A stretch of 64,000 bases of DNA from Abditibacterium sp. (GCA_965199495.1 CBDASK010000003.1:3680001-3744000), one strand, 5' to 3'; positions 20,150 to 31,250 are shown, counted from the first letter of the stretch. The notes: generated by a model not told the origin, from the letters alone. Translations and numbers: made by a program.

Positions 20150-21850
20150 TTAAACGGAGAAAAATACTCGTTGCAGCGTCCAAAACGCCGCCACCGCCGC
20201 GATGACCAGCGAGGCCGGAACCACGACAAACTTGCGATAACCTTCGCGCCCGCGAAACCATCCGACTGCCAGCAGAGCCATAGCTACCACGCTTAATTGT
20301 CCCAACTCGACGCCGATGTTGAAGCCCGCCAACGCCGTGATAAAGCCCGTGCCCGAAAGTCCCAATTGCTGAAACACTTGGGCGAAACCCAAACCGTGAA
20401 CCAGTCCAAACGCAAAGACCACCAGAATGCGCCACGGTCTGACTTCTTTGGTCATCAGGTTTTCGACGGCGACAAACACAATCGAAAGCGCGATGAGCGG
20501 CTCAACGATATTCGCGGGCAACTTCACCAATCCCGCCGCCGCCAGCGCCAAAGTCAGCGAATGCGCAACCGTAAACGCCGTGATTTGCTTGATTAACGCT
20601 GGCAACTGCGAGCCAAGCAAAAACAAACCCAAAACGAACAGAATGTGATCTATACCGCGCGGTAAGATATGGACATAGCCCATCGCCACAAAACCCGCGA
20701 AAGTAGAAAACCACGAAGGGCGCTCGTTTTGCGCGCGCTCAATCGGAAGCTCGCTGACGCTGTTTGCTGAATCTAAACCTGAAGGAGACCTCTCTATTTT
20801 ATCTGACACGGCGCCCATGCTGCCAGAGTTTATTGCCGCAACCGGTGCGTTGGCCGGCGCCAATTTCTGCGAACCGCGTGCGCTCGCTTGAAGCGCCGAC
20901 ATTTTTTGCGCGGGCGCCAGAACTTTCTTATCTATTACCGGCGGTTTCGCTGGCGTGGGCTTCGCGAGTTTGGTGACAACTCGCGGTTGGGGGCGCGCGC
21001 CGGGAGTCGGCGGTTTCGGTGGCACAACAGCAGCCACGGCGGATTGTTTGGGTCGGCCTTTTGCTGGCGGCGTGGCTGGCGCTTTCGCTGGCGCTTTCGC
21101 TGGCGCTTTCGCTGGCGCTTTTGAGGATTTGGCTGGCGTAAGGGTCGGTTTCGCGGGCGCACTCTGCTTTGGCTTGTTCGGCTTGTTCGACGCGACTTTC
21201 GGTGGCGCTTGCTTTTTGGGTTTGAACAGCGCGGCGGGCGATTCACCGGGCGCTTGCGGTGTCGGTTGCGGCAATCCCGTCAAAAGTGGCAAAGGCGTCG
21301 AGAGCGCGCCGTTTTCCAGCGCCTGAGTGAAAGGTTCTTGCTTTTCGACTTCCTCGCTGAACACGAAGGTGCCCAGCAAGGGCGGAACGCCGAACGAAAC
21401 CGTGCGCGCGCCAGCGGGAAAGTGGCCAGTGAGGCGCGTCACCAGCATCACTGGCAGACGCGGCGGCAAACCGTTGTCGCGCCAATCTTGAACCTGTGCC
21501 AGCGTCGGAAACTGAATCGAATCAAGGGTGCCCGCGCCGTTATCGGCTTTGAGCGCTATCTCGCGCGCGAACTTGGCCTCGGCGATTTTTAGCGCCTTTT
21601 GCAAGTTTTCAGGCGGCCCATCGAGCAGGGCATTCATCGGTGCATCGGAGACCTTGAGCGGCGTTTCTCCCACCAAATAAGCCAACAAATCAAATCGCGC
21701 TTCCATCGTGAATGTGCCATCGGTTTTGATTTTTGCCCGCCCGCCCGCCACGTTCGCCGGATGCGCCTCCGCGCTACCAATTACGCCGAGGCAAAGCGCG
21801 TATAATAAGAGAAATGGCGCAAAGGCGTGACAAATTCGGGGGTGAGACAT
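20150..21850 (-). CDS. HupE/UreJ-family membrane protein with periplasmic N-domain and long Pro/Lys/Ala linker
   Basis: GYVHILPRGIDHILFV, TAFTVAHSLTL, FGLVHGLGFA, GFNIGVELGQ. Confidence 0.88.
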   Translation of the reverse strand: MSHPRICHAFAPFLLLYALCLGVIGSAEAHPANVAGGRAKIKTDGTFTMEARFDLLAYLVGETPLKVSDAPMNALLDGPPENLQKALKIAEAKFAREIALKADNGAGTLDSIQFPTLAQVQDWRDNGLPPRLPVMLVTRLTGHFPAGARTVSFGVPPLLGTFVFSEEVEKQEPFTQALENGALSTPLPLLTGLPQPTPQAPGESPAALFKPKKQAPPKVASNKPNKPKQSAPAKPTLTPAKSSKAPAKAPAKAPAKAPATPPAKGRPKQSAVAAVVPPKPPTPGARPQPRVVTKLAKPTPAKPPVIDKKVLAPAQKMSALQASARGSQKLAPANAPVAAINSGSMGAVSDKIERSPSGLDSANSVSELPIERAQNERPSWFSTFAGFVAMGYVHILPRGIDHILFVLGLFLLGSQLPALIKQITAFTVAHSLTLALAAAGLVKLPANIVEPLIALSIVFVAVENLMTKEVRPWRILVVFAFGLVHGLGFAQVFQQLGLSGTGFITALAGFNIGVELGQLSVVAMALLAVGWFRGREGYRKFVVVPASLVIAAVAAFWTLQRVFFSV

Positions 21851-21900
21851 AGAAGACTTTCGATGTTTTGCGGGAAATGGCGCGCGAAAAAGATAAATTA

Positions 21901-22009
21901 ATGCGATATAAAATCGCAGCAAAGGAAGTTGTCGGCCTTCGCCGACACAGACAAATGACACCTGTCGGCGAAGGCCGACAACTTCCTTTGCTGCGATTTT
22001 ATATCGCAT
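21901..22009. repeat. REPIN-like palindrome related to the repeats flanking the transposase (family E)
   Basis: Perfect 47-bp arms containing gtcggccttcgccgaca and gcgattttatatcgc hairpins. Confidence 0.85.
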
Positions 22010-22016
22010 CGTCAAA

Positions 22017-25000
22017 CTAATCCACGCCCTGCTCGAACAGCGATTTGATTTTCTCGTCGGTGAGCGGGCTGCGCCACACTGTCATATCGGTGACGGCGCC
22101 GGGGAAGATTTTGCTTTTTGACCACGGATCGAGCGGTTTGATGCGCACCACGGCTTCGTCATCGACGAAATCAAGCGGCGCTTTGCCGATGGGCTGGCCG
22201 TTTTTATACAGGCGCACATCGGTGCCATCATAGGTCGCGGTGATCATCTGCCAGACGCCGACATCGAGTTTGACATTGCTATCGAGGTCGCGACCGGAAC
22301 CCCAGAAGTGAATGCCTCTGGCGAACTTGGTCAGGTAACGGCCTTTGCCCTCTTTGTCGGTGATGTCGCCAAAACCGGCGATAACGGTTTCGTCCTCCGG
22401 TTGCGCGTCGGGTTTGCACCAAACGTTGATGCTCCACGGGTCTTTGGCGCCGACCGGCAAACCGGGCAACTTCACTTCGCGTGTTTTTTCTGCTGGATCG
22501 GGCGTGCGTCCCGAATTGAACAGTTGCGCGCCCGGTACTTTCAAAGTCGCGACTTGAATCAGGTTGCCGTTGGTCGAGGCGTCTTTCACGCCTTTCACCG
22601 TCAGCTCGGCGACCTCTTCCAATCTCAATCCGCGATTCGTCGTTAAAGTCACGTTCATGCCGTCGGCGCTCACGACGGCTTTTTGCGCCGTAATTCCGTC
22701 GTTCAACTGGTAATTGGAAGCCATCGCGGCGCTCGCTTTGTCGAGCGGCTCCGAGAAGCCCAACTCGATGACGGGCGCAACCGGATCGCCCAGAGCCTTA
22801 ACGATGCGCGGCCCGGTTTGGTCGTTGATGACAAACTTCGCCGTCGTCACGCCGGTGGCTTTGCCGTCGGGCGTGAACTGCGTGGCTTTGATCGTTGCGC
22901 TTTGATAAATCGGGATTTCGCCCTTATAAACCGGCGAATTTATGGTCGGATCGGAGCCGTCGAGCGTGTAGCGCAAGTTGTTCTGATCCCAGTAAAGCGG
23001 ATGACTGAGCGTCGCCATCACGGTATCGGTCGCGTTGCGATTGGCCGGAAAAACTTCGGGCGACGAGGACTGGAATTTATGGGTTTCCAGCGTGTCGTGA
23101 AGCGGCGCGAGCGGCGTGGCTGGTGTTTCGCCCTTGGCCACCGAGACCGCGAAAATCTTAATGCGTGGATCGTTGGGAAGGGTCAGCGTCGTCGCGCCAG
23201 CGGGAATATCGAAGCTCTTCTGAAAGATATACGAATAATCGTAATGCGTATCGGCTGTCGGCATATGGCGGTGCGAGGCATACCAAGCCACGTCGCCTTC
23301 CTTGACGTAACCGGGTAGCAGACCCACGAACGGGTTGTTCCAATTATAGGTCAGTTCGGGCACCACGCCGCCCCACAAACGCGTATCGTATTGGCCGACG
23401 AAGCCACTCCAATTGTCAATTGTCGCGCTCACTTTGTGGGCACCGACGCCGAATTGTCCACGCACGTCGCCCGCCGAAGCCGCCGCCAAAACGTGAACGC
23501 GCGTGTAACCTTTGGGCAGCGAAATGGTCTGACCGCGCGCCGTCATCAAGTTTTTGGCGCCATCGGTCGTTGGCCCCATTTTATAGTTAATACCGTCTTT
23601 TTGTAGCGTCGCCGGAATTTCCTCGGCGGCGAAAGTCATACCTTTGCCATCGAAATTGCCGTCGCTGCGCTTGGCTCTGGATGAGATGCCATCCAAATCG
23701 TAGGAGAGCGCAACCGGCACGCTCTGAACGGGCGCGACTTTGGTCGGCGCCGCCGCCAACTTGAGCGCGAATGCGCGCAGGCTAAACGCGCCAACCTCGG
23801 TTTCCAACGCGCCATTTTTCACCGTCGCGCTTCCAATGGTGCGTTCCTGTCCGTCCACTTCGCGCGCCGCCACGATGTTCGATCCCATGCGCAAACGCAC
23901 ATTTTTGGCGGGCGCGCCGATCAGCTCGCGGAAACGCACCACGATTTCGTCGGAATCCTCGGCCTTTTTGATGGCGGTGATTTCGACCTGCTTGCTGTTG
24001 GTGCGCGCCAGCGAGAACGATTTGCCCAATTTTCCGTCGTGTTTGGCAACGCCAAACGCGCGTAACGGCTGGTTCAGGCGCTTGGCCTGCCACGGCACAT
24101 CGCCATCGCGCCAATCGCCCGCGTGCGGCGCGATATTATACAAAAACTCGTGCTTGCCAAAGTCCTGATGCGCCTGATCTTGGTAGCCGCCGCGCACGCC
24201 CGGCGTATAAAGCAGCGTCAGGCGAATCAGGTCGTCGGTCGGTTTGTCCGATCCGAATTTGCAATCGTTCAAAATCGCCGCGCCCGACTTGCCATTCGTG
24301 CCAGTCAGATCGAACCATTGATGCTGCGGCACTTCGTATTTCTTCGGGTCGTTGTTGCCGCGCATGATGGCGCCAACCTGCAAATCGTAGGTCGCTTTGG
24401 GGTTGCCGTGAGCCATCGGGAACTCGGCTTTGAGCGCGACCTGTTGCGACTGCCAGTCAATATTATTTTTGACGCCGACACTTTCGCCCGCCGCGCCGCT
24501 CGCGAGGGAAATCGTCTGCACGAACTTGGAGCCACGCGCATTGCGCGTCACTTCGATGGCGACGCGCAAGGGGCCGTTTTCGACCACGCGAATCTGCGCC
24601 GGGCCGTCCACATAAGCAATCGGCGCTTTCTTCGCATCGTCCCAGTCCATGTTCCACGCCGGAAACGCCGACGGATTATGATAAACAAACGCCAATCGCG
24701 CCGGAGCTTTCAACGTTTCGGTGTTGTTTTTCTTATCGAAAACCGACGAAATATCGCCCGCCGCGTTAATCGTCACGCGAAAGCGCGCGTTCTCCAAAGT
24801 GCGATTTTGCTCCGAAACTTTCAACTCGCCCATCTTCATCGCGGGCGCCGTGGCTGATGTGCGCGCGTCGAAGGTTTTGAAACCGTTGGGCGCGACGCTG
24901 GCCAGAAAAATAATCTTCGCCGAGTTGCCCGTGCGCGCGATAATCTGCGTCGGCACGGCGGTTCCATCGGGCGCAAACACCGTCACGCTGTTGGTGCCGG

Positions 25001-26351
25001 GCGCCATTGCAATCGTCGCCTCGACGCAATCCTCGCGTTCGATGGAAAGCGGATTGTAAACCACCAGACTTTGGCCCTGCGCGCGCGTATCCAGCGCCGC
25101 CGAAACCACGCCGACGCTGTCCTGCGCGACATCGCCGAACATTTTCATCGCCAAAATCTCGTCGTTATAGGAGAAATCGTAGGCGCGCGGCAGGCTGGTG
25201 CCGGGCAAAATGTCGTGCATCTGCGAACCCAGCAGAATATCCCACGCCTGATAAAGCGGCTGCGACGGGTAGCTCTTGCCACCCAGCCACGTCGCCGCGA
25301 CGCTGGCGCGTTCGGCGGTATCGGCCAGCAGTTCGCCCTTGCGGTTCCAACGCTTCATGTGCGCTTCCGAAGTGATGCTGCCCGACGAATGCTGCGTCAG
25401 CAGCAGCTCGCCATTGTAGGTCGGCAACTTGGCGATCTGTTCGGGCCTCATGTCGTTGAACAGTTGGTCGGCGCGCGACGAAACGACTTTGAGCGGGCCA
25501 GTTCCGGCGACGCTTTTCTCCAGGTTAATCACCGATTTCTCGCTGGGCGCGCCGCCGCGATCTCCGGTGCCATAATAGTGGTAATCCACCGCCGCTCCCG
25601 ACTGCGCGCCGTTGTTCTGGGCGCGCTTGAGCCAACTCGAATTCTGGCTCAAATCGTCGTCAATACCGCCGCCGTAAGACCCCGGATCGAGTGCCGCAAC
25701 AACGCCCTTGCCGTTTGGCCCAACCCAATTGCCGACTTTAAACGGAATGCCGATGGCCGAACCCCAGGTCAACTTCTGAGTCGAGAAACCCTTGATGCCT
25801 TCATGCTCCAAAATCGTCGGCAACGCGTAGGGAAAACCGAAGCAATCGGGCAGCATGAACTCGTCGCTGGCGATGCCGAACTCCTTGCGAAAAAAGTGAT
25901 TGCCATAAAGCGTCTGGCGCACCAACGCCTCGGCGGAAGGCACGTTGGCGTCGCCTTCATCCACCGAACTGCCGCAGGGAAACCACTGACCTCTGGCGAT
26001 GTAGCCCTTCAATTTTTCGTAGTCCGCCGGATAATACTCGCGCATCATCTCGTAGCGGCGCGAACCGGAAAAGTTGAAGACGTAATCGGGATACTTGTCC
26101 ATCAACTTGAAGTTATCCTGCAAAGTGTTGGGCACATATTCGCGCACGCTCTGCGGATAGGCCCAGCGCCACTGCGTATCGAGATGCGCGTAGCCGACCA
26201 CATAAAGCGTGGGTTTGGTGTTGTCCCGTGGTTTGGGCGTCTTATTAATGGCGACGGGTTGCGCACCCGCAGGAATGGCAAGCGCCAGCATTGGCGCCGC
26301 CGCCAGCAGCATTAGCAGGTTAGGACGAACACAAGAGGAGCGAGAAATCAT
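22017..26351 (-). CDS. GH38 alpha-mannosidase, multidomain, with C-terminal Ig-like and LamG-like modules
   Basis: AHLDTQWRW, MLPDCFGF, QMHDILPG; YTLDGSDPT module; W.MITATYDGT.VRLYKNG (LamG-like). Confidence 0.9.
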   Translation of the reverse strand: MISRSSCVRPNLLMLLAAAPMLALAIPAGAQPVAINKTPKPRDNTKPTLYVVGYAHLDTQWRWAYPQSVREYVPNTLQDNFKLMDKYPDYVFNFSGSRRYEMMREYYPADYEKLKGYIARGQWFPCGSSVDEGDANVPSAEALVRQTLYGNHFFRKEFGIASDEFMLPDCFGFPYALPTILEHEGIKGFSTQKLTWGSAIGIPFKVGNWVGPNGKGVVAALDPGSYGGGIDDDLSQNSSWLKRAQNNGAQSGAAVDYHYYGTGDRGGAPSEKSVINLEKSVAGTGPLKVVSSRADQLFNDMRPEQIAKLPTYNGELLLTQHSSGSITSEAHMKRWNRKGELLADTAERASVAATWLGGKSYPSQPLYQAWDILLGSQMHDILPGTSLPRAYDFSYNDEILAMKMFGDVAQDSVGVVSAALDTRAQGQSLVVYNPLSIEREDCVEATIAMAPGTNSVTVFAPDGTAVPTQIIARTGNSAKIIFLASVAPNGFKTFDARTSATAPAMKMGELKVSEQNRTLENARFRVTINAAGDISSVFDKKNNTETLKAPARLAFVYHNPSAFPAWNMDWDDAKKAPIAYVDGPAQIRVVENGPLRVAIEVTRNARGSKFVQTISLASGAAGESVGVKNNIDWQSQQVALKAEFPMAHGNPKATYDLQVGAIMRGNNDPKKYEVPQHQWFDLTGTNGKSGAAILNDCKFGSDKPTDDLIRLTLLYTPGVRGGYQDQAHQDFGKHEFLYNIAPHAGDWRDGDVPWQAKRLNQPLRAFGVAKHDGKLGKSFSLARTNSKQVEITAIKKAEDSDEIVVRFRELIGAPAKNVRLRMGSNIVAAREVDGQERTIGSATVKNGALETEVGAFSLRAFALKLAAAPTKVAPVQSVPVALSYDLDGISSRAKRSDGNFDGKGMTFAAEEIPATLQKDGINYKMGPTTDGAKNLMTARGQTISLPKGYTRVHVLAAASAGDVRGQFGVGAHKVSATIDNWSGFVGQYDTRLWGGVVPELTYNWNNPFVGLLPGYVKEGDVAWYASHRHMPTADTHYDYSYIFQKSFDIPAGATTLTLPNDPRIKIFAVSVAKGETPATPLAPLHDTLETHKFQSSSPEVFPANRNATDTVMATLSHPLYWDQNNLRYTLDGSDPTINSPVYKGEIPIYQSATIKATQFTPDGKATGVTTAKFVINDQTGPRIVKALGDPVAPVIELGFSEPLDKASAAMASNYQLNDGITAQKAVVSADGMNVTLTTNRGLRLEEVAELTVKGVKDASTNGNLIQVATLKVPGAQLFNSGRTPDPAEKTREVKLPGLPVGAKDPWSINVWCKPDAQPEDETVIAGFGDITDKEGKGRYLTKFARGIHFWGSGRDLDSNVKLDVGVWQMITATYDGTDVRLYKNGQPIGKAPLDFVDDEAVVRIKPLDPWSKSKIFPGAVTDMTVWRSPLTDEKIKSLFEQGVD

Positions 26352-26681
26352 GATGGGAGAAAACTGGGAAATGTCAAGCCGATGTCTGGTAAAAACGGAA
26401 ATTAAAGCGAAAAACCACGTTTTTCCGTTTGACATTATACAACTATTTGCCCCTAAATTCAAGCGCTCTAACTATACTGGAATACTATATAAAGAAAAAT
26501 ATTCGATTGTTAGTTCGTGCCAAGAAATAATGCTATTTTAAATATAAAAAACGTTTATGGAGAATGATTTATATAAATTTGAGGTATTTTTTAACAAAAT
26601 TAAATGACTATTTCATCAAATCATTCGGCGCAACAAAAGCCAGCATGGGTGCGTCCAATGCAGAAAAAGTTTAAGCCTCCG

Positions 26682-27923
26682 ATGAAATTGATTCTTGGCG
26701 CGTTATGCGCTTTAATTTTGTGTTCGCGAGTGAACGCTCACCCCGAAATGGACGGGCGTTTGACTGTGGGTTATCAGGGCTGGTTCGCGCCCACGCGTTT
26801 GGGCGACGGCGCGCGTTGGGTGCATTATGGCGCCGATGGCACGTTCGCGCCGGGCGGCAACATCGCCGTCGAAATGTGGCCCGATGTTTCCGAGTTGCCC
26901 GCCGATGAAAAAGTGCCGACCGATTTTCGCGACGCCGACGGCAGCGTCGCTCCCGTTTTCGATGCACAAAACGCGAATACGGTTAATCGTCATTTCGCGT
27001 GGATGAAAAATTATGGCATCGGCGGCGCGTGGCTGCAACGCTTCGCCGGGCCGACGCGCGACGAACGCGTTCGCGTTTCGATGGACAAAGTTTTGGATAA
27101 CGTGCGCGCCGCCTCGCGCCAGAACGAGGTGCCGTGGGCTTTGATGGTTGATTTGTCAGGCGTCAAAGCCGACGATATTTTTCCGACCGTCGCGGCGGAC
27201 TGGAAACGTTTGGTAGATTCCCATATTCGCGACGATCCGAACTACTTGTTCCACGGGAACAAACCCGCCGTGGCTTTGTGGGGCATCGGTTTTAGTGACG
27301 ACCGGCCCGCGCCCGCCGCGTATATGGAATTAATAAATTGGCTCAAAAACGATCCGGTTTACGGCGGCAATGCTGTTGTTTTGGGCGTGCCGTTCTACTG
27401 GCGCACCGGCACGCGCGACGCCGTAGCCACGCCGGACTTGAAAACCGTCATCGAAGCCGCCGACGTAATTTTTCCGTGGCCGGTTGGCCGCTACAATTCG
27501 CCCGACGCCGCGCGTGAAGTCGCGCAAAACGAGCGCGCGCCCGACATCGCGTGGGCGCGCGAACACGACAAAGCGTATATGCCGGGCATTTTTCCCGGCT
27601 TCAGTTGGCATAACTTGATGAAATCGCGCGGCAAAGACGCCGTAATGGACGAAATTCCGCGTCTGAGCGGCGAGTTTTTGTGGGCGCAAGCCGTCAGCGC
27701 CAAACGCGCGGGTGCGACCATGCTTTATGTCGCGATGTTCGACGAAATTGACGAAGGCACCGCGATTTTCAAAGTCTCCAACGACGCGCCGGTTGGCGAC
27801 ACTCCATTTCTCACGCTCCACGGTTTGCCGTCCGATCATTATTTGTGGTTGACCGGTCAAATCGCCCGTATGCTGCGCGGCGAAATTCCCGCGACCGACG
27901 CGATGCCAATGCGCAAACCATGA
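26682..27923 (+). CDS. Secreted glycoside hydrolase, GH71/GH99-like
   Basis: Signal peptide; GYQGWF, HFAWMKNYGIGG.WLQRF, PGFSW.N, AMFDEIDEGTAIFK. Confidence 0.75.
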   Translation: MKLILGALCALILCSRVNAHPEMDGRLTVGYQGWFAPTRLGDGARWVHYGADGTFAPGGNIAVEMWPDVSELPADEKVPTDFRDADGSVAPVFDAQNANTVNRHFAWMKNYGIGGAWLQRFAGPTRDERVRVSMDKVLDNVRAASRQNEVPWALMVDLSGVKADDIFPTVAADWKRLVDSHIRDDPNYLFHGNKPAVALWGIGFSDDRPAPAAYMELINWLKNDPVYGGNAVVLGVPFYWRTGTRDAVATPDLKTVIEAADVIFPWPVGRYNSPDAAREVAQNERAPDIAWAREHDKAYMPGIFPGFSWHNLMKSRGKDAVMDEIPRLSGEFLWAQAVSAKRAGATMLYVAMFDEIDEGTAIFKVSNDAPVGDTPFLTLHGLPSDHYLWLTGQIARMLRGEIPATDAMPMRKP

Positions 27924-30900
27924 AAATTCTCGCGCTTTTAAGCCTTTTACTTCTGCCGATGAGCGCGCGCGCCGCCACGACTTTTACACGCGATTTCGCC
28001 GCCGTTGAAGGAATTGTCACTGCGCCCGAAATGCCGTTGCGTCAGGAAATCAGCCTTAACGGGCGCTGGCAATTTCAGCCGATTGTTGTTCCGCCAGATT
28101 TCGCCCGCGATACCGGCGCCGCGCCCGCTTTGCCCGCTCCCAATCCGGCGAAATGGGACGCGACGCCGCTCAAAGTGCCTTCGCCGTGGAACGTCAATAC
28201 GTGGGGCAACGGGCGCGACGTGGGTGCAAATACGGCGCGGCCTTACTCCGCCGATTCGGTTTATTATCCGTCGTATCCGCGCGCGTGGGACGGCGCCGAA
28301 ATGGGTTGGCTGCGCCGCAGTTTTCGCGTGCCCGCCGATTGGGGCGCGCGCCGCGTGGTTTTGCATTTCGAGGGCGTCGCCGGTCAAGCGCAAATTTGGG
28401 TGAACGGGCGTAAAGTCGGCGAGCATTTCGATGAGTTTATGCCATTTGAATTCGATGTCACCGATCAAATCAAGCGCGATGGCGATAACGAATTGTTGGT
28501 CGGCGTGCGCAAAAGTTCGCTATTCGACATCGTTTCGCCCGATTATCCAGCGAACCAAAAGCGGACTTATCCCAACGGATCGAACATGGATGATTTGGTC
28601 GGCATCTGGAACGATGTTTCGCTGCTGGGACTGCCCGCGCTGCGCGTCAGCGATGTTTTCGTTCAGCCGCTGGTCAGTCAAAACGAGTTGCGTGCGCAAA
28701 TTACAATTCGCAACGACGGCGCGAGCGAACAAACGGTTTCGGTTGGCGCGACAGTTTCGCCGTGGCGCAATTTGGCCGGGCAAAGCGTTTTGGATGCGCC
28801 CGAACCCAAATGGCGTTTGGACGCGCCCATTCTAACTTTGAGCGCGCAAAGAACCACGATTGCGCCGGGAAAAAACGCGACGATTGTGTTGCGCCAAAAA
28901 TTAACCGACCAACTCAAATTATGGTCTCTCGACGCGCCGAATCTTTATGGCTTGGTTGCAAACGTCACGCGCGGCGCGACGATTGTGGACAAGAAATACA
29001 CGCGCTTTGGTTGGCGCGAGTGGACGATAAACGGGCGCGAATTGCGTTTGAACGGCGCGAAAATTCAGCTTAACGGCGATTTGTTGCATCCGTTTGGGCC
29101 GTTCATCGGTTCGCGGCGCTACGCATGGGCGTGGATGAAAATGGTGAAAGATGTCGGCGGCAACGCGATTCGTCCTCATGCGCAGCCACGTCCGCGCTTT
29201 TACTTGGATTTGGCCGACGAAATGGGCGTCGCGGTTTTGGACGAAGCGGCGGTTTTCGGTTCGAGCATTTCGCTCAACTTCAAGTCTCCGCAAACGTGGG
29301 AGCGTTTGGAAAATCACGTTGACGATTTGGTGAAGCGCGACCGCAATCACGCCAGCGTTTTTGGTTGGAGTCCAGCCAACGAAATGTTCGCGCAATTCCT
29401 GCGCGTTTCGCCCGCCGACAAAGCGCGACAATTGCCCAAACTGCAAGCCCTCGCGCTACGCCCGCGCGCGCTCGACCCGACGCGCCCGTGGATTTCCGCC
29501 GACGGTGACGAAGATTTGGGCGGCGTTTTGCCGACGTGGAATCGTCATTTTGGCATCGGCGTGCCCGATTTGCCCGACGTAGATAAACCCTTGATGGTGG
29601 GCGAGCAGGGCGGCACTTATTACGCTTCACCGCCGCATTTGGAACCGCTCGCGGGCGAAGTCGTTTATCGCGATACTGCCGGGCGCAATCAGGGTTTGGC
29701 CTTCGATTTATATCGGATGCTGACCAGCGCGGCGCACGAAAAACTATCGTATTTTTCGCCCTCGGAATTGGCGTGGTTTGGCCTCGAACCCTTGCCGTTG
29801 GGCACCCAAACCGACGAACGCGTGCCCAATTTGAGCGACGGCGTGTTTTTCGGGCCATACGTCGAAGGCCGCGCCGGAGTGCAGCCCGAACGTTTGCCGC
29901 CTTATTCGATGACGCTCAATCCCGGCTTCGATGCGGCGTTGCCGCTTTACCGATCGCTCCCGATGTTCGAGGCGATGCGCGATGGGTTGCGCGGAAACGC
30001 GAACAGCAAATGGGCCAAATTGCCCGTCGTCGCGCCGCGCGTGCAAAGCGCGCCGAGCAACGCAATCGAGCGCGTCGGTTTTGTCGGCCCGCGCGAGGGA
30101 GCTTTGTTCGCCGCTCTTTTCGCGATGGGCGTTCCGCTCGCGCAAACGCTCGATAATGCCGATTTGCTCATCGTGGATGGCGACAATGCGGGCGACGTGG
30201 CTGCAACGCAAGCCGCCATTGATGCGACGCTTCGGCGCGGGAAAATGGTGTGGATTATGGCGCGCGCAACCGGCGAAACGTTGCAATCGTTGCGTTTGCC
30301 GCCGCACCAAATCACAACGCGCCACGCGACTTCTCTCGTGCGCGGCGACGCAGACAAAGCGATTGACGGTTTCGGTCTGGGCGACCTCTATTTCGCTGAA
30401 GCCAGTGGCGACCGCGAAATTCAAAAAGTCGGTTTGCAAATCGCAACGGGACGCGTTTTGCTGCGCGCTGCCGATGTGGATTGGACTTTATGGAACGATC
30501 ACGGCGAAGTCGAGAAAAATAGCAACGTTTTGATTTACCAACATCTGCGTAAACCGGCGGGCGCGGCATTAATTGATGTGCCGCAAACCAAAGGCAAACT
30601 GTGGATTTCGACGCTCGATCCATCGTCCGATGCTCCGCAGATTCGCGCGTTTTGGCGGCAGTTAATGTCAAATGTCGGCGTGAAACTAAACGAGCCGCCG
30701 AGCGATATTCTGGTCGCTTCGGCGCGCAATGGCGCGGGCGCGACTTGGAGTTACACGTTTGATAAGCCCGCCGCCAATTGGTTTAAACCGAACTTTGATG
30801 ACGCGAACTGGAAAACCGGCGTCGCCGGTTTTGGCGGCGAAGTGCCGGGCGGAAATCCGCACACCGCGTGGAATACCAATAATATCTGGTTGCGCCGCGA

Positions 30901-31192
30901 ATTTGAAATTAAAGCAGTGCCGCGAACTCTCAATCTGGAAATTCATCACGATGAAGATGTCGAAGTTTTTCTCAATGGCACGCGCATTTTCGCCGAAACC
31001 GGACATTTGACGGCGTATAAATCGGTGCCGCTCGATGCAGCCACGTTGCAATTACTACGCGCCGGGCGCAACGTGCTGGCGGTTCATTGTCTGCAAACGG
31101 CGGGCGGCCAATATATAGATGTCGGTCTAACCAGTGCGGCGCCAGCTCCGATTCGCCCGCACGATTTGCTGTTGGACGGGCCGCTGCAATAG
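27920..31192 (+). CDS. GH2-family glycoside hydrolase, secreted and multidomain
   Basis: SLNGRWQF, LHFEGV, GIWNDV, LWSLDAPNLY, RDRNHASVFGWSPANE; ATGA overlap with the upstream gene. Confidence 0.85.
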   Translation: MKILALLSLLLLPMSARAATTFTRDFAAVEGIVTAPEMPLRQEISLNGRWQFQPIVVPPDFARDTGAAPALPAPNPAKWDATPLKVPSPWNVNTWGNGRDVGANTARPYSADSVYYPSYPRAWDGAEMGWLRRSFRVPADWGARRVVLHFEGVAGQAQIWVNGRKVGEHFDEFMPFEFDVTDQIKRDGDNELLVGVRKSSLFDIVSPDYPANQKRTYPNGSNMDDLVGIWNDVSLLGLPALRVSDVFVQPLVSQNELRAQITIRNDGASEQTVSVGATVSPWRNLAGQSVLDAPEPKWRLDAPILTLSAQRTTIAPGKNATIVLRQKLTDQLKLWSLDAPNLYGLVANVTRGATIVDKKYTRFGWREWTINGRELRLNGAKIQLNGDLLHPFGPFIGSRRYAWAWMKMVKDVGGNAIRPHAQPRPRFYLDLADEMGVAVLDEAAVFGSSISLNFKSPQTWERLENHVDDLVKRDRNHASVFGWSPANEMFAQFLRVSPADKARQLPKLQALALRPRALDPTRPWISADGDEDLGGVLPTWNRHFGIGVPDLPDVDKPLMVGEQGGTYYASPPHLEPLAGEVVYRDTAGRNQGLAFDLYRMLTSAAHEKLSYFSPSELAWFGLEPLPLGTQTDERVPNLSDGVFFGPYVEGRAGVQPERLPPYSMTLNPGFDAALPLYRSLPMFEAMRDGLRGNANSKWAKLPVVAPRVQSAPSNAIERVGFVGPREGALFAALFAMGVPLAQTLDNADLLIVDGDNAGDVAATQAAIDATLRRGKMVWIMARATGETLQSLRLPPHQITTRHATSLVRGDADKAIDGFGLGDLYFAEASGDREIQKVGLQIATGRVLLRAADVDWTLWNDHGEVEKNSNVLIYQHLRKPAGAALIDVPQTKGKLWISTLDPSSDAPQIRAFWRQLMSNVGVKLNEPPSDILVASARNGAGATWSYTFDKPAANWFKPNFDDANWKTGVAGFGGEVPGGNPHTAWNTNNIWLRREFEIKAVPRTLNLEIHHDEDVEVFLNGTRIFAETGHLTAYKSVPLDAATLQLLRAGRNVLAVHCLQTAGGQYIDVGLTSAAPAPIRPHDLLLDGPLQ

Positions 31193-31199
31193 TTGTCTG

Positions 31200-31250
31200 C
31201 CAAAAAGCAAAAGAGCCTGACCAGAATTTGGTCAGGCTCTTTTGCTTTGT
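31200..31250. terminator. Bidirectional intrinsic terminator between convergent genes
   Basis: aaagcaaaagagcctgacc-agaattt-ggtcaggctcttttgcttt. Confidence 0.8.
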
